A stretch of 64,000 nt of DNA from Malacoraja senta (lineage: Eukaryota): NCBI GenBank assembly GCA_038087875.1, contig CM075997.1, forward strand, positions 1,056,001-1,120,000, in the 5' to 3' direction. The notes beneath the pieces were generated by a model, which did not search any database, was not told the DNA's origin, and saw only the letters and a program-made list of their open reading frames with translations. A program made the position numbers and the translations under genes. Positions within the stretch are counted from its first letter, which is position 1. Every line of letters begins with the position of its first letter. Of the stretch, positions 53,043 through 64,000 are shown piece by piece.

Positions 53043-53208
53043 TGATGAGAACATGAAAGTTGATTGAATGTGTACATGGATTATTGAGGGAGAAGATGCT
53101 TTTATTAAGGTGGATGAATTATCCCACATTCAGTCTAAGAACCTGAAGGGAAGCACTTTTCATGACCTTTTTTCTTTCATGTGAGAGCATTGATGGTGAA
53201 GGTGAAGG

Positions 53209-53812
53209 TCAAGTCAAGTCAAGTCACATTTATTTATATAGCACATTTAAAAAACAACTCTCGTTGGCCAAAGTGCTTTACATTTGTTATAAGAATAGCA
53301 CAAACAAAACAAACTACATACATATATACATGTAGCCCTCACTCAGAGGACGTCAGGAAAGGCTTGGGAGTATAGATAAGTCTTTAGTCTTGACTTATAG
53401 GAGTCGATGGAGGGGGCAGTTCTGATGGGAAAGGGGATGCTGTTCCACAATCTAGGGGCTGCAACCGCAAAGGCGCGGTCGCCCCTGAGCTTATGCCTAG
53501 ACCGCGGGATATTCAGCAACCCCAAGTCGGCCGATCTGAGGGGCCTGGAGGTGGAGTGGTGGGTGAGAAGACTTTTTATGTAGGTGGGGGCAAGCCCATT
53601 GAGGGCTTTGTTGACATGGAGGAGGATCTTGAAGTTTATACGGAACCGCACAGGGAGCCAGTGGGGAGAGGCCAGGATCGGGGTGATGTGGTCCCTTTTT
53701 CGGGTGCCCGTCAGGAGTCTCGCTGCAGCGTTTTGGTCCAGTTGCAGGCGGGACAGGGAAGATTGGCTGATGCCAGTGTAAAGGGAGTTGCAGTAATCTA
53801 GGCGGGAGGAGA
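53209..53812 (-). mobile_element. L2-clade LINE 3' end, young
   Basis: HITPILA..HWLPVRFRINFKILL...GDRAFAVAAPRLWNSIP; (GACTT)n tail; near-identical to 59822-60232. Confidence 0.9.
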
Positions 53813-55068
53813 TGAATGTGTGGATGATCAGCAGGAGATTTAGTGGGCGGCACGGTGGCGCAGCGGTAGAGCTACTGCCTCACGGCGCCAAGAGACCCGG
53901 GTTCGATCCCGACTACAGGTGCTGTCTGTACGGAGTTAGTACGTTCTCCCTGTGACCCGCGTGGGTTATCTCCGAGATCTTCGGATTCCTCCCACACTCC
54001 AAAGATGTACAGGTTTGTAGGTTCTGTCAGTCCGAAGAAGGGTTTCGACCCGAAACGTTGCCTATTTCCTTTGCTCCATAGATGCTGCCTCACCCGCTGA
54101 GTTTCTCCAGCATTTTTGTCTACCTTCGATTTTCCAGCATCTGCAGTTCCTTCTTAAAGGTTTGTAGGTTGATTGGCTTGGTGGAAATGGGAAATTGTCC
54201 CCAGTGTGTGTGTGTGTGTGTGTGGGGGGGGGGTAGTGATAATGTGCGGAGATCGCTGGTCAGACTGAAGAAGGGTCACGACCCGAAACGTCACCTATTC
54301 CTTTTCTCCAGAGACGCTCTCTGACCCACTGAATTACTGCAGCTTTTTGTGTCTCTCTACCTGTTCAAATGTTTCTTAAACGTTACGATAGTAGCGTTTG
54401 ACCACCGGGTGGCGCCGAGATGGCAGCCTCGCCAACGTCCTGTGTGTTAGCTCGACTTTTTCTGTTATTTTTAGTCTGTATGTTTTAAAAATGTATGTTT
54501 TTATGTTTCTCGGCATGTCTTATGTGGGGGGTGGGGGAGAGAATAGGGGGAAACCTTTTTCAGTCACTTACCTCGACGGAGATGTGATTTTTCTCCGTGT
54601 CACTTCTTCCCTGCGGCCTAACAACTTGGATTGGTGCGGCCTTTCCTGGAGACCGGCCCGGGGCTTCAAGCCGCAAGCGCGGCGTGGACTTTAACATCGC
54701 GGGAGCGGGCGATCCTTTGCCGAGGACCGCTGTGGAAGAGCTCCTGTGGACTTTAACACGGTGAAGCCCGCGGTCTCCGGTAAGAAGCGGCCGACTCGGG
54801 AGCTCCATGCCGCGGAGTGTTCCGATCCGTCCCGATGCCGGAGTTTCCATCATCCCGACGAGAAGTCTTGAACAGCGGACCGACTGCTGAGGATTCAAGG
54901 CCCCGACCACCACGGGTGGACAAAGGAGGAAGATGACTGAACTTTAACGCCTTCCATCACACTGAGGAATGTTGATTCCACTGTGGTGGATGTTTATGCT
55001 AAATTTATTGTGTATTGCATTCTTTTTTACTTGTATGGCTGTATGGTAACTCAAATATCACTGTACCT

Positions 55069-55760
55069 GGGCAAATATTTTCAGAATAATATCTAAAGTG
55101 ACCAGCACTCAATTAGACCCGGATCCAAAATTAATAATACTAGGAACATTAGAACTAAATCAAACATTTACAACAACTCAAAGAAACTTTATTGATTATA
55201 GTATAATAACTGGGAAAAAATTAATTCTAAAATTCTGGAAAGGCCCTATAACCCCCACAATCAAAATGTGGATTATAGAAATGACGGAGACCTTACACTT
55301 GGAAAGAATTAGACTTGTCCTGTTGGACAAACATGAACTATTTGCTGGAACATGGTCTCCCTTTATTGATTATCTAAAGGGTCAGAACGGTTCAGCACGG
55401 GAACCTGACTAGCACTCGAGCCAAGGAATAGATGAAATATTATATTCTGAAATGTACGAATATATCTCAAATTAAGTTTTTTATCTTAGTAAGTTATTCC
55501 ATTCTTCTTTATTATCTCTTTCTTTTTTGTTTTCTTTGTTTCCTTTGTTTTTTTTTCCTTTTCTTTTCTCTCTTTTCTTTCTTTATTTCATCTATCTTTT
55601 TAGTTCTATTTAGTTTTTTTTTTAATTTTAAAAAAGTATTGGAGACAATGTAATAATATTTGACAATATTATTAATTTAAAAATGTAAGACTGGTAACGA
55701 CTTTAATATGATATGTATTTATCTCCAATAAAAAATATTTTCAAAAAATAAATAAAAATA
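55069..55760 (+). mobile_element. L1-clade LINE 3' fragment
   Basis: KKLILKFWK...IKMWI...LHLERIR, homologous to 50851-51141; imperfect TSD atatcacKgtacct. Confidence 0.75.
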
Positions 55761-55850
55761 TATCACGGTACCTTAATTGGCACATGTGACAATAAGTGTG
55801 AATTTGAACTTGCTAGACTCTAGTTAATTCCTTTTCCTTGTCTTCTGCAG

Positions 55851-56002
55851 GCGGTTTACCTCACCCAAGGGGCATGCTTGCTGAAAAGCTTCCCGAATGG
55901 CTGGACAAGTACTCCAGGAAAATCTCATCCATGGATGCTTTCTCGGGGAAAGTTGCCAATCACGTCTTGGTTAATGAATACAATCCTGGTGAAGGAATAA
56001 TG
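55851..56002 (+). CDS. ALKBH6: ALKBH6 coding exon 4
   Basis: ctgcag|GLPHPRGMLAEKLPEWLDKYSRKISSMDAFSGKVANHVLVNEYNPGEGIM|gtacg, 152 nt. Confidence 0.93.
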
Positions 56003-56321
56003 GTACGAGTGTAACTCGGCCAATTCAACCTATTTGTTTCAAATGTTATTTAAGGCAAAATTATATATAAATTCATGTTGCTCAGATAGATATAAATATG
56101 TATATAAAGCACAAAATGCCGGAGTAACTCAGCGGGGCAGGCAGCAACTCTGGAGAGAAGGAATGGGTGACGTTTCCGGTCGAAACCCTCCTTCAGAACT
56201 CTAAACTCTGAACTTAACCAGTACACAAAGTGTCGCCATGTTCTGTCACCATCTTGCAGGAGCTTTCGAGTAAGCTGGACTTTAGAAATCGTTAACAAGG
56301 AGCTGGTATACACACACACAC

Positions 56322-56364
<43 letters not shown>

Positions 56365-56720
56365 GAGCACAATGATCTTGTGTGTAGGAAGGAACTGCAG
56401 GTGCTGGTTTAAACCGAAGATAGACACAAAATGCTGGAGTAACTCAGTGGGACAGGCTGCATCTCTGGAGAGAAGGAATGGGTGACGTTTTCGGGTCGAG
56501 ACCTTGTTCAGACCTGAAACGTCACCCGTTCCTTCTCTCCAGAGATGCTGTTTCTCCAGCATTTTTGTCTACCTGCGAGTCTAAACACATATTTTTCTTA
56601 TTCATTGCTTTTAATATATGGAATAAATTTAATTAATATTTATATCTAATTTTTTGTGGCAGATATTCATAGTTATTAGTCATTGAATTGTTGTGTGAAG
56701 TCATTATTTTTGTTTCCTAG

Positions 56721-56840
<120 letters not shown>

Positions 56841-57086
56841 TAACTCCTTATCTTTTTGCCATTCCCTTCTCCAAACATCAAAATATCGGGGCGGCACAGT
56901 GGCGCAGTAGAGTTACTGCCTTGCAGCACCAGAGTCAATAGACAATAGGTGCAGGAGTAGGCCATTTGGCCCTTCGAGCCAGCACCGCCATTCAATATGA
57001 TCATGGCTGAACCTACGCTGCACTCCCTCAATAGCAAGAATGTCCTTCCTCAAATTTGGAGACCAAACTGCACACAATACTCCAGG

Positions 57087-57306
57087 GTACACAAAAATGC
57101 TGGAGAAACTCAGCAGGTGCAGCAGCATCTATGGAGCGAAGGAAATAGGCAACGTTTCGGGCCGAAACCCTCCTTCAGGTCTGAAGAAGGGTTTCGGCCC
57201 GAAACGTTGCCTATTTCCTTCGCTCCATAGATGCTGCTGCACCCGCTGAGTTTCTCCAGCATTTTTGTGTACCTTTGATTTTCCAGCATCTGCAGTTCCT
57301 TCTTAA
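57087..57306. mobile_element. palindromic Penelope-derived element inserted in a CR1 fragment
   Basis: Inverted arms around cttcaggtctgaag; 15-bp TSD acacaatactccagg (57072-57086 / 57307-57321). Confidence 0.75.
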
Positions 57307-57509
57307 ACACAATACTCCAGGTGTGGTCTCACTAGGGCCCTGTACAACAAGATATGTTGTTAGTTGTAATCTTATTGAATAATTTGGCAGCCACAAGGAA
57401 AGGATCTGTAGTTCGACAATCACTTCTTCTTTTGTAGCATTTGGCAACAAAAAAAATTCTGTTTTTCTTTTTCTTGGACATTGAGTAATTCTTGCTCCGC
57501 CTTTTCCAG

Positions 57510-57782
57510 ATTGGTTTTCCACAAACTGAGGAGAATCGTTTTGTCTTATCTCTGCTGCTTGAACCACGCAGTCTCCTTGTGCTGAAGGACGAGATGTACT
57601 TGCACTACCTGCATGGGATCAGGCCCACGTCCCAGGATACCATTACAGAGAAGGTGGCAAACCTGAAATCGTGCAACTCCAAACTGGGGGCCAATTTGAC
57701 ACGCACTACAAGAGTATCTCTGACCATTCGTTACGTGCCGAAGGTTTTGAAAACTACCATTCTGCTGGGGAAGAGGAGATAA
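57510..57782 (+). CDS. ALKBH6: ALKBH6 terminal coding exon
   Basis: ttccag|...[12 protein letters not shown]...YLHGI...[26 protein letters not shown]; distal His and RxSxTxR 2-oxoglutarate motif; spliced CDS is 720 nt (239 aa). Confidence 0.93.
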   Translation: MGFPQTEENRFVLSLLLEPRSLLVLKDEMYLHYLHGIRPTSQDTITEKVANLKSCNSKLGANLTRTTRVSLTIRYVPKVLKTTILLGKRR

Positions 57783-58512
57783 GGGAGACACAAAAAGCTG
57801 GGTTAACTCAGTGGGACAGGCAGCTTCTCTGGAGAGAAGGAATGGGTGACGTTTCAGGTGGAGACCCTTCTTCACACGCAATAAGACGAAATAAGGGAGA
57901 TGAGGACACAGATCCAGCACAACTTGTTCATCTGCTTTCTCCACTCCCCTCTTGAACTTTACTCCTGTACACCAAAGTGCAAGTTCAGTGGTTTTTTCCA
58001 TTAAGAAACAGGTCAGGCCATGACTGTTGCAATTCTTGTTTCAATTCTAGCTGAACTGTATGTTGAAAGCCACACCCAGCACGTTCCTTGCCCGTTGTGC
58101 CGTGGGAGTGTAGAGTCATCGCAGTCTCCAGAGTTTGCAAAATCAGTGGACAAGATTAAATAAGACATAAAAGTGGTGGAGGAACTCAGCAGGTCAGGCA
58201 GCATCTGTGGAGGGAATGGGCAGATGGCTTTTCCAGTTGGGACTCCTCTTCAGACTGGGACTTCAAGATTCCAGCCTCTGCAGTTCCTTTTGTCTCCCTT
58301 TCACTGCAAAATCCCCTCAAAGTCCGGCTACTCTGTACAGATTGTCCTCCTCTCTCCGACAGGAGTTCTGTGGGACCTTGTCTCATTGAATACTAACACT
58401 GCTGGTCCTGCTGTCTCTCCCCCTCCCCCTCCAGGCTAATCATGCCACTTCTACTGCATCACTCCAAACGCCCTTCTCCCATCTAACCCCCACCCCCCAG
58501 GACCATGAAAGT

Positions 58513-58800
58513 GCGGCACGGTGGCGCAGCGGTAGAGTTGCTGCCTCACAGCGCCAGAGACCCGGGCTCGATCCTGACTACGGGTGCTGTCTACGGAGTT
58601 TGTACATTCTCCCCATTTTGTGTGGGTTTTCACCGGGAGCTCCGGTTTCCTCCCACACTCCAAAGACGTACAGGTTTGAAGGTTAATTGACTTGGTAAAA
58701 TTATCCCTAGTGCGTGTAGGATAGTGTTTGTGCGCGGGGACCGCTGGTCAGCGCGGACTCCATGGGGCGAAGGGCCTGTTACCGCGCTGTATCTCTAAAC
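58513..58800 (+). mobile_element. tRNA-derived V-SINE (HE1-like), near full length; representative of ~15 copies
   Basis: A box TGGCGCAGCGG, B box GGCTCGATCC, V-domain-like core, CR1-type 3' end AAGGGCCTGTT, TAAAC tail. Confidence 0.85.
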
Positions 58801-59154
58801 CAGGGGTGGGGAACCTTTTCATGGTGGAAGGCAGCATTAAGTTAGCTGTAATCTAATAAGGCCGCATCCAAGAAACATCAATTAGATACACTTCAAAATG
58901 TACATTATTTTGTTAAAATAGCCCTCATGACTTACTAATGTTTTAATTGTGGCCGTCAGTCGGGGAGGATTATTTTGTTGAAACTTCTTTTACTCTTTGG
59001 TATTTTAAGTATGTTCATTTTAAGATTTAAATGAAAATAATAAAAGATGAACAAAAACATATTAATAATAATAAAAAGATTTGTTCTACAAAATTTGGAT
59101 TCATTCAAAAGGCCGCACTTAATGGCTTAGAAGGCCGCAGGTTCCTCACCCCTG
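58801..59154. mobile_element. hAT-type MITE inserted in a SINE tail
   Basis: TIR CAGGGGTGGGGAACCT / AGGTTCCTCACCCCTG; degenerate 8-bp TSD ctctaaac/ttcgaaac. Confidence 0.75.
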
Positions 59155-59282
59155 TTCGAAACTAAACCTCAATGCATGGTATCTCCCCAGGACCACTTTA
59201 AATCCCCTCCCCCCCCCACCCTCCGCATCACCCACCTCCTCGCAACTTGGGTCTCGCCATTCAGGTGAGTCAGGTTGTCACC

Positions 59283-59336
59283 GGGCTGGGAGATTGCAAC
59301 CTTCACGTGGTCTGCCCTGTTTCGACGAATGCAATC
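59283..59336 (+). ncRNA. predicted minimal HDV-like self-cleaving ribozyme
   Basis: P1 GGGCUGG/CUGCCCU (one mismatch), P2 GAUUGCA/UGCAAUC, P3 ACC/GGU, L3 UUCACGU, J4/2 CGAA. Confidence 0.7.
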
Positions 59337-59419
59337 AACCCGGCGTGCACAATCAAACAAGATCAAAGAACAAGTTGTCCTACAACTTTAGACTGTGCAC
59401 GCCACATGCAAGAAGCAGA
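59283..59419 (+). mobile_element. ~140-nt non-autonomous retroposon headed by a minimal HDV-like ribozyme
   Basis: TSD aggttgtcacc (59272-59282 / 59420-59430); HDV-like fold 59283-59336; 3' stem GGCGTGCACA/TGTGCACGCC; AAG-rich tail; second copy at 52089-52229. Confidence 0.8.
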
Positions 59420-59420
59420 A

Positions 59421-59727
59421 GGTTGTCACCATTCCAATGCAGAACAGTCTGTCCTCAACATAGGCCTTCACATCCCCATGCCGACCCCCCCCCCCCCCCC
59501 CAATGGGTTCCGAGCCTGCCATGATGTCGAGCTCTTCTTCTGGCACCTCTACCTCCAGGCCCCATTTCTCTGGCAAGAAGTTCTCACCTTCCCACTGAAG
59601 AATCCTTCTCCCTTTAACATTTACTTTTGAGTCCGAAGCTTCCTGACCCGAAGCGTCGCCTGTCCAATCTCTGCCCGACTCGCTGAGCTCCTCCAACGCT
59701 GTACTCTGCTCAGGATTCCAGCATCAG
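59421..59727 (+). mobile_element. degenerate Penelope-like element (ORF N-terminal remnant plus terminal repeat)
   Basis: EQSVLNIGL..P...DVELFFWHLYLQA resembles the Penelope ORF N-terminal motif (E.SVLSKGL.F.P...D.E.FFRRLRL); ends in a degenerate terminal repeat. Confidence 0.5.
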
Positions 59728-59821
59728 CAGTTTATTAGTTTAATGTAGAGACACAGCGCGGAAACAGGCCCTTCGGCCCACCGAGTCCGTGCCGACCAGC
59801 GATCCCTAACACTATCCTCCT

Positions 59822-60232
59822 CTATGTCTACAAAGCCCTCAATGGGCTTGCCCCCACCTACATTAAAAGTCTTCTCACCCACCACTCCACCTCCAGGTCC
59901 CTCAGATCGGCCGACTTGGGGTTGCTGAATATCCCGCGGTCTAGGCATAAGCTCAGGGGCGACCGTGCCTTTGCGGTTGCAGCTCCTAGACTGTGGAACA
60001 GCATCCCCTTTCCCATCAGAACTGCCCCCTCCATCGACTCCTTTAAGTCGAGACTAAAAACTTATCTATACTCCCAAGCCTTTCTTGACGTCCTCTGAGC
60101 GAGGGCTACATGTATATATGTATGTAGTTTGTTTGTTTATATTATTCTTATAACAAATGTAAAGCACTTTGGCCAACGAGAGTTGTTTTTTAAATGTGCT
60201 ATATAAATAAATGTGACTTGACTTGACTTGAC
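59822..60232 (+). mobile_element. L2-clade LINE 3' end nested in a SINE
   Basis: Same family as 53209-53812. Confidence 0.9.
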
Positions 60233-60604
60233 ACTGGGGACAACTTACATTCCTACCGATCCCCGCATATTAATACAACCCGCATATTAACACACACTAG
60301 GAACAACTTTCCATTTGTACCAAGTCAATTAACCTACAAACCTGTACGTCTTTGGAGTGTTGGACGAAACCAAAGATCTCGGAGAAAACCCACGCAGGTC
60401 ACGGGGAGAACGTACAAACTGTACAGACAGCCCCCGTAGGCGGGATCGAACCTGGGTCTCTGGCATTCTAGGGCAGAAGCTCTACCGCTGCGCCAGTGTG
60501 CCGCCCAATTTAAATGGATTGACCTGAACATTACTGCGCACAGGAGCCTCTCCTGGAATGTATATTACTTTGTCCACTGCGATTTAGTGCTTCTACCACA
60601 TACT

Positions 60605-60916
60605 GAACTCTGGAATAAATACGTTTAAGAAGGAACTGCAGATGCTGGAAAATCGAAGGTAGACAAAAATGCTGGCGAAACTCAGCGGGTGCAGCAGCAT
60701 CTATGGAGCGAAGGAAATAGGCAACGTTTCGGGCCGAAACCCAAAGGAAATAGGCAACGTTTCGGGTCGAAACCCAAAGGGTTTCGGGCCGAAACGTTGC
60801 CTATTTCCTTCGCTCCATAGATGCTGCTGCACCTGCTGAGTTTCTCCAGCATTTTTGTCTACCTTCGATTTTCCAGCATCTGCAGTTCCTTCTTAAATGT
60901 ATTTATTCCAGAGTTC
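60605..60916. repeat. ~310-bp near-perfect inverted repeat (Penelope-derived, extended by 18 bp of flanking DNA)
   Basis: Arms 60605-60741 and ~60780-60916 are reverse complements. Confidence 0.85.
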
Positions 60917-61247
60917 CAGAATACATTTTGTTGACCTGTCTAGTCATGGACAATGGCAGAAATGTTTAATTGATTATAATAAGTAAATATGCATCACCAC
61001 ACTTTATTTGAAGCATTTTTTATTGTGCTTTCAAATCATTTTTAAACATTGGTATATTTTCATGGAAAGCGGAACCATCCTCCTAACCTCCACATTATCC
61101 AGGCCAGTTGGATTGGACATTCCCTGGGGTCGCTCAATAGGTCACAAGAAGATGCAAGGTATTCTATAACGTGGATTCTCCAAACGTATACCGAGGTTCC
61201 ACATCTGTGGCTCAGTGAATGAAAACCTGGCGTAAATCTGGGAAGAA

Positions 61248-61543
61248 CTCCCCATTCGTTGGATTGCAACCTTGTCGTGGTCGGGGGGAGCTTGTGTGTC
61301 TCAGTGACCCCGGGAGATTCGTCTCCTGTTAGGGTCTCCCATGCTGGACAGGTCGAAGGGTAGAGGCGAGACGAAGAGCGATCCACTGGTCCTCCAGGTT
61401 GGAGGTTGAGCACAGGGCTAACAACCCTGTCTCGTAAAACACATATGTTATGGAAACAGCAACTGAAGGAATCAACACTACTGAATAGAGGACCTTTGTT
61501 GCTGCCCTACATGCCAGGAGGCATAATAGGCAGTAAGTAAGTA
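61248..61543 (+). mobile_element. bipartite non-autonomous RTE-clade element (5' UTR fused to 3' end)
   Basis: RTE-type 5' motif CCTTGTCGTGG, internal GGTTG...GGGCTAACAACCC...GTAAAA motif, (AGTA)n tail; homologous copy on - at 31069-32843. Confidence 0.7.
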
Positions 61544-62453
61544 TAGAAGTCGGGCGGGCATGTTGCAGCTATAGAAGATCAAGAATCAAGAGAGTTTATT
61601 GTCATGTGTCCCTGTTAGGTCATTAATTTGACCCCCTATGTTAGGTGTATGATACAGGAGAGAAAGTGGCAAATTGTAAAGAAGAAAGAGAGGTCAAAGA
61701 GAGAGAATAAAAACTGAGTGGGAGAGAATGCTTAAGTCAAGTCAAGTCAAGTGAGTTTATTGTCATGTGTCCCTGATAGGACAATGAAATTCTTGCTTTG
61801 CTTCAGCACAACAGAACATAGTAGGCATGATGTTGGTGAGGCCACATTTAGAGTATTGTGTTCAGTTTTGGGCGCCATGTTACGGGAAAGATATCGAGCT
61901 GGAAAGGGTGCAGAGAAGATGTTGGAACATGTTGACAGGCTTGAGTTAAGCAGGTTAGGACTCTATTCCTTGCAGCGCAGGAGGATGAGAGGAGGTGTAC
62001 AAAATCTTGAGAGGAATAGATTGGGCAAACGCACAGAGTCTCTTTCCCAGAGTAGGGGAATCGGGAACCAGAGACACAGGTTTAAAGTGGGGGGTTTTAA
62101 TAGGAACCTGAGGGGTAACCTATTTTACACAAAGGGCACGAAGGTCTTTTATTGTCACGTGCACCAATTAAGGTACAGTGATCAATGTTGCTTTCTGACG
62201 GAATGTGTAGGGAGGAACTGCAGATACAGCGGGACAGGCAGCATCTCTGGAGAGAAGGATTAGGTGACGCTTCGGGTCGAGACCCCTCTTCAGACAAAGA
62301 GAGAGGGGAAATGGAAAGGAGGGAAACAGATGGTAATATAGAGAGAGAGATATAGAACAAATGACTGAATACGATGCAAAAAAAAGTAACAATGATTTCC
62401 TGACAGAAAATGCTTACATATTTCAAACTGTGAAATAAGATGTCCCAAATGGC

Positions 62454-62635
62454 TTAGCGGGAAATAGCACGGAATTCATACATGTGGGGTACAACCAGCA
62501 AACCACTTGAAATGGGCGAGGTGTCGACATCCTTGCGATCGATGACAGGCTCGATGACAAAGTTCTGCAGCAAAGTGGTCAAAAAAAGGAAAAGTTCCAT
62601 GCGAGCCAAGGATTCCCCCAGGCACATTCTCTTGC
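62454..62635 (-). CDS. cytochrome P450 family 2 terminal exon (heme-binding Cys); rest of gene beyond window end
   Basis: ttgcag|GKRMCLGESLARMELFLFLTTLLQNFVIEP...PHMYEFRAISR-TAA; intron splits the Gly of GKRxC as in CYP2 exon 9. Confidence 0.9.
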
Positions 62636-64000
62636 CTGCAAAAAAAACAAACAAGATCTTTCGCTTAGTTTAGAGATATCGCACACAATACTATCCCGCA
62701 CACACTAGGGACAATTTACAATTATACCGAAGCCAATTCACCAACACCTGTACGTCTTTGGAGTGTGGGAGGAAACCGGTGAAAACCCACGCAGGTCAAC
62801 GTGCAAACTCCGTACAGACAGCACCCGTGGTCAGGATCAAACCTGTGTCTCTGGCGCTGCAAGGCAGCAATTCTACCGCTAAGCCACTGTGCTGCCCCTG
62901 TTTAGATTAGAGATCCAGCGTGGAAACAGGCCCTTCGGCCCACCGAGTCCACACCGACCAGCGACACACACACACACACACACACGTGAAAGACCGGTCA
63001 TATTTTGGCCATACCAGATTACTGTCACAGATTTTCTTCATTCGGTTTAATTTTATTATTGTCATGTGTACCGCGAAAAGCTTTGTTTTGCATTGCAATT
63101 AGATCAGATAATGCTTTACATAAATACAATCAAGTTAAACTCAAGTACAATAGATAGAGCAAAGGGGAAGATACAGAGTGTCGGATCTAGTTCTCAGCAT
63201 TGTAGTGCATCAGTTCCAGAGACAAAGTCCAATGTCCGCAATGGGGTAGAGGTGAATCGGACAGTACATTAGCTTGTGGAAGGATATTTCAGGATAAAAG
63301 CATTTAATGAATCACATGGGGGGGGGGGGGTTAAACAAAATCAGGCCACTTCAAAAGTATTATTGAAATATTTCTTTTAAAATTCCAGATTTATTTATTT
63401 AAATAATTTTAAATTCTGCTGCTTTTGTGAGTTGGCAGCATTTCAGATCCCAACCTGAAACGTTGGTTATCCATGTCCTCCAGAGATGCAGCCTCTCGCA
63501 CTGAGTTGCTCCAGCACCTTGGGTTTTACTCAAGAATCCAGCATCTGCCGTTTCTCGAGTCTCCATTTTATTGGTGTTTTCATAGTTGGGTTCAGACGCA
63601 TGTTTCCAGATCAAGAGGCAAGAAAGACCTGCTTACTGGTCCAGTGACATAATGTAGCATAGTGTGGCTTTATTCTACAATCAATTTACGAGGATGTTGC
63701 CAGGACTCAAGGTCAATAGAAAATAGGAGCAGGAGTATTTCATTCCCTTCGAGCCAGCTCCACCATTCAATACGATCATGGCAGATCATCCAAAATCAGT
63801 ACCCCGTTCCTGCTTTCTCCCCATATCCCTTGATTCCATTAGCCCTAAGAGCTATATGTAATTCTGGCTTGAATACATCGAGTGAATTGGCCTCCACTGT
63901 CAAAGCCAAAGTCAATTTTATTCATCACATACACCCGAAGGTGCAGTGAAATGAATTTGCCAGCAGCGATACACTTAAAAAGAACACACAATACACAATA

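Noticed and set aside
58513..58585. tRNA-like sequences with A and B boxes (many copies)
   Set aside because: They are SINE heads continuous with the V-domain and CR1-like tail, not tRNA genes
61060..61413. 117-aa minus-strand ORF downstream of the CYP exon
   Set aside because: About half is antisense RTE-derived sequence; the rest is more simply CYP 3' UTR ahead of the minus-strand AATAAA at 61003-61008

Overview
Repeat-rich vertebrate genomic DNA. The HE1/V-SINE, CR1 and Deu-SINE content points to a cartilaginous fish, probably a skate or ray (inference). There are three protein-coding genes: (1) the 3' half of alpha-actinin-4 on +, with exons equivalent to human 12-21 at 2618-22303, including both mutually exclusive EF-hand exons 19a/19b and a long, repeat-free 3' region; (2) a complete six-coding-exon ALKBH6 on + (48335-57782, 239 aa); (3) the last exon of a CYP2-family P450 on - (62454-62635). 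The rest is nested CR1, L2, L1, Rex-Babar, RTE and Penelope fragments, tRNA-derived SINEs, hAT/Harbinger MITEs and a 200-N gap. The most striking signal is three kinds of small mobile element carrying self-cleaving-ribozyme motifs. First, a ~140-nt TSD-flanked retroposon in two copies that starts exactly at G1 of a minimal, CPEB3-like HDV ribozyme. Second, a bipartite RTE-derived element with a related HDV-like 5' fold. Third, many Penelope-derived mini and palindromic elements carrying a minimal hammerhead core. Ribozyme activity is predicted from sequence only. Repeat boundaries are approximate unless a TSD or TIR is quoted.
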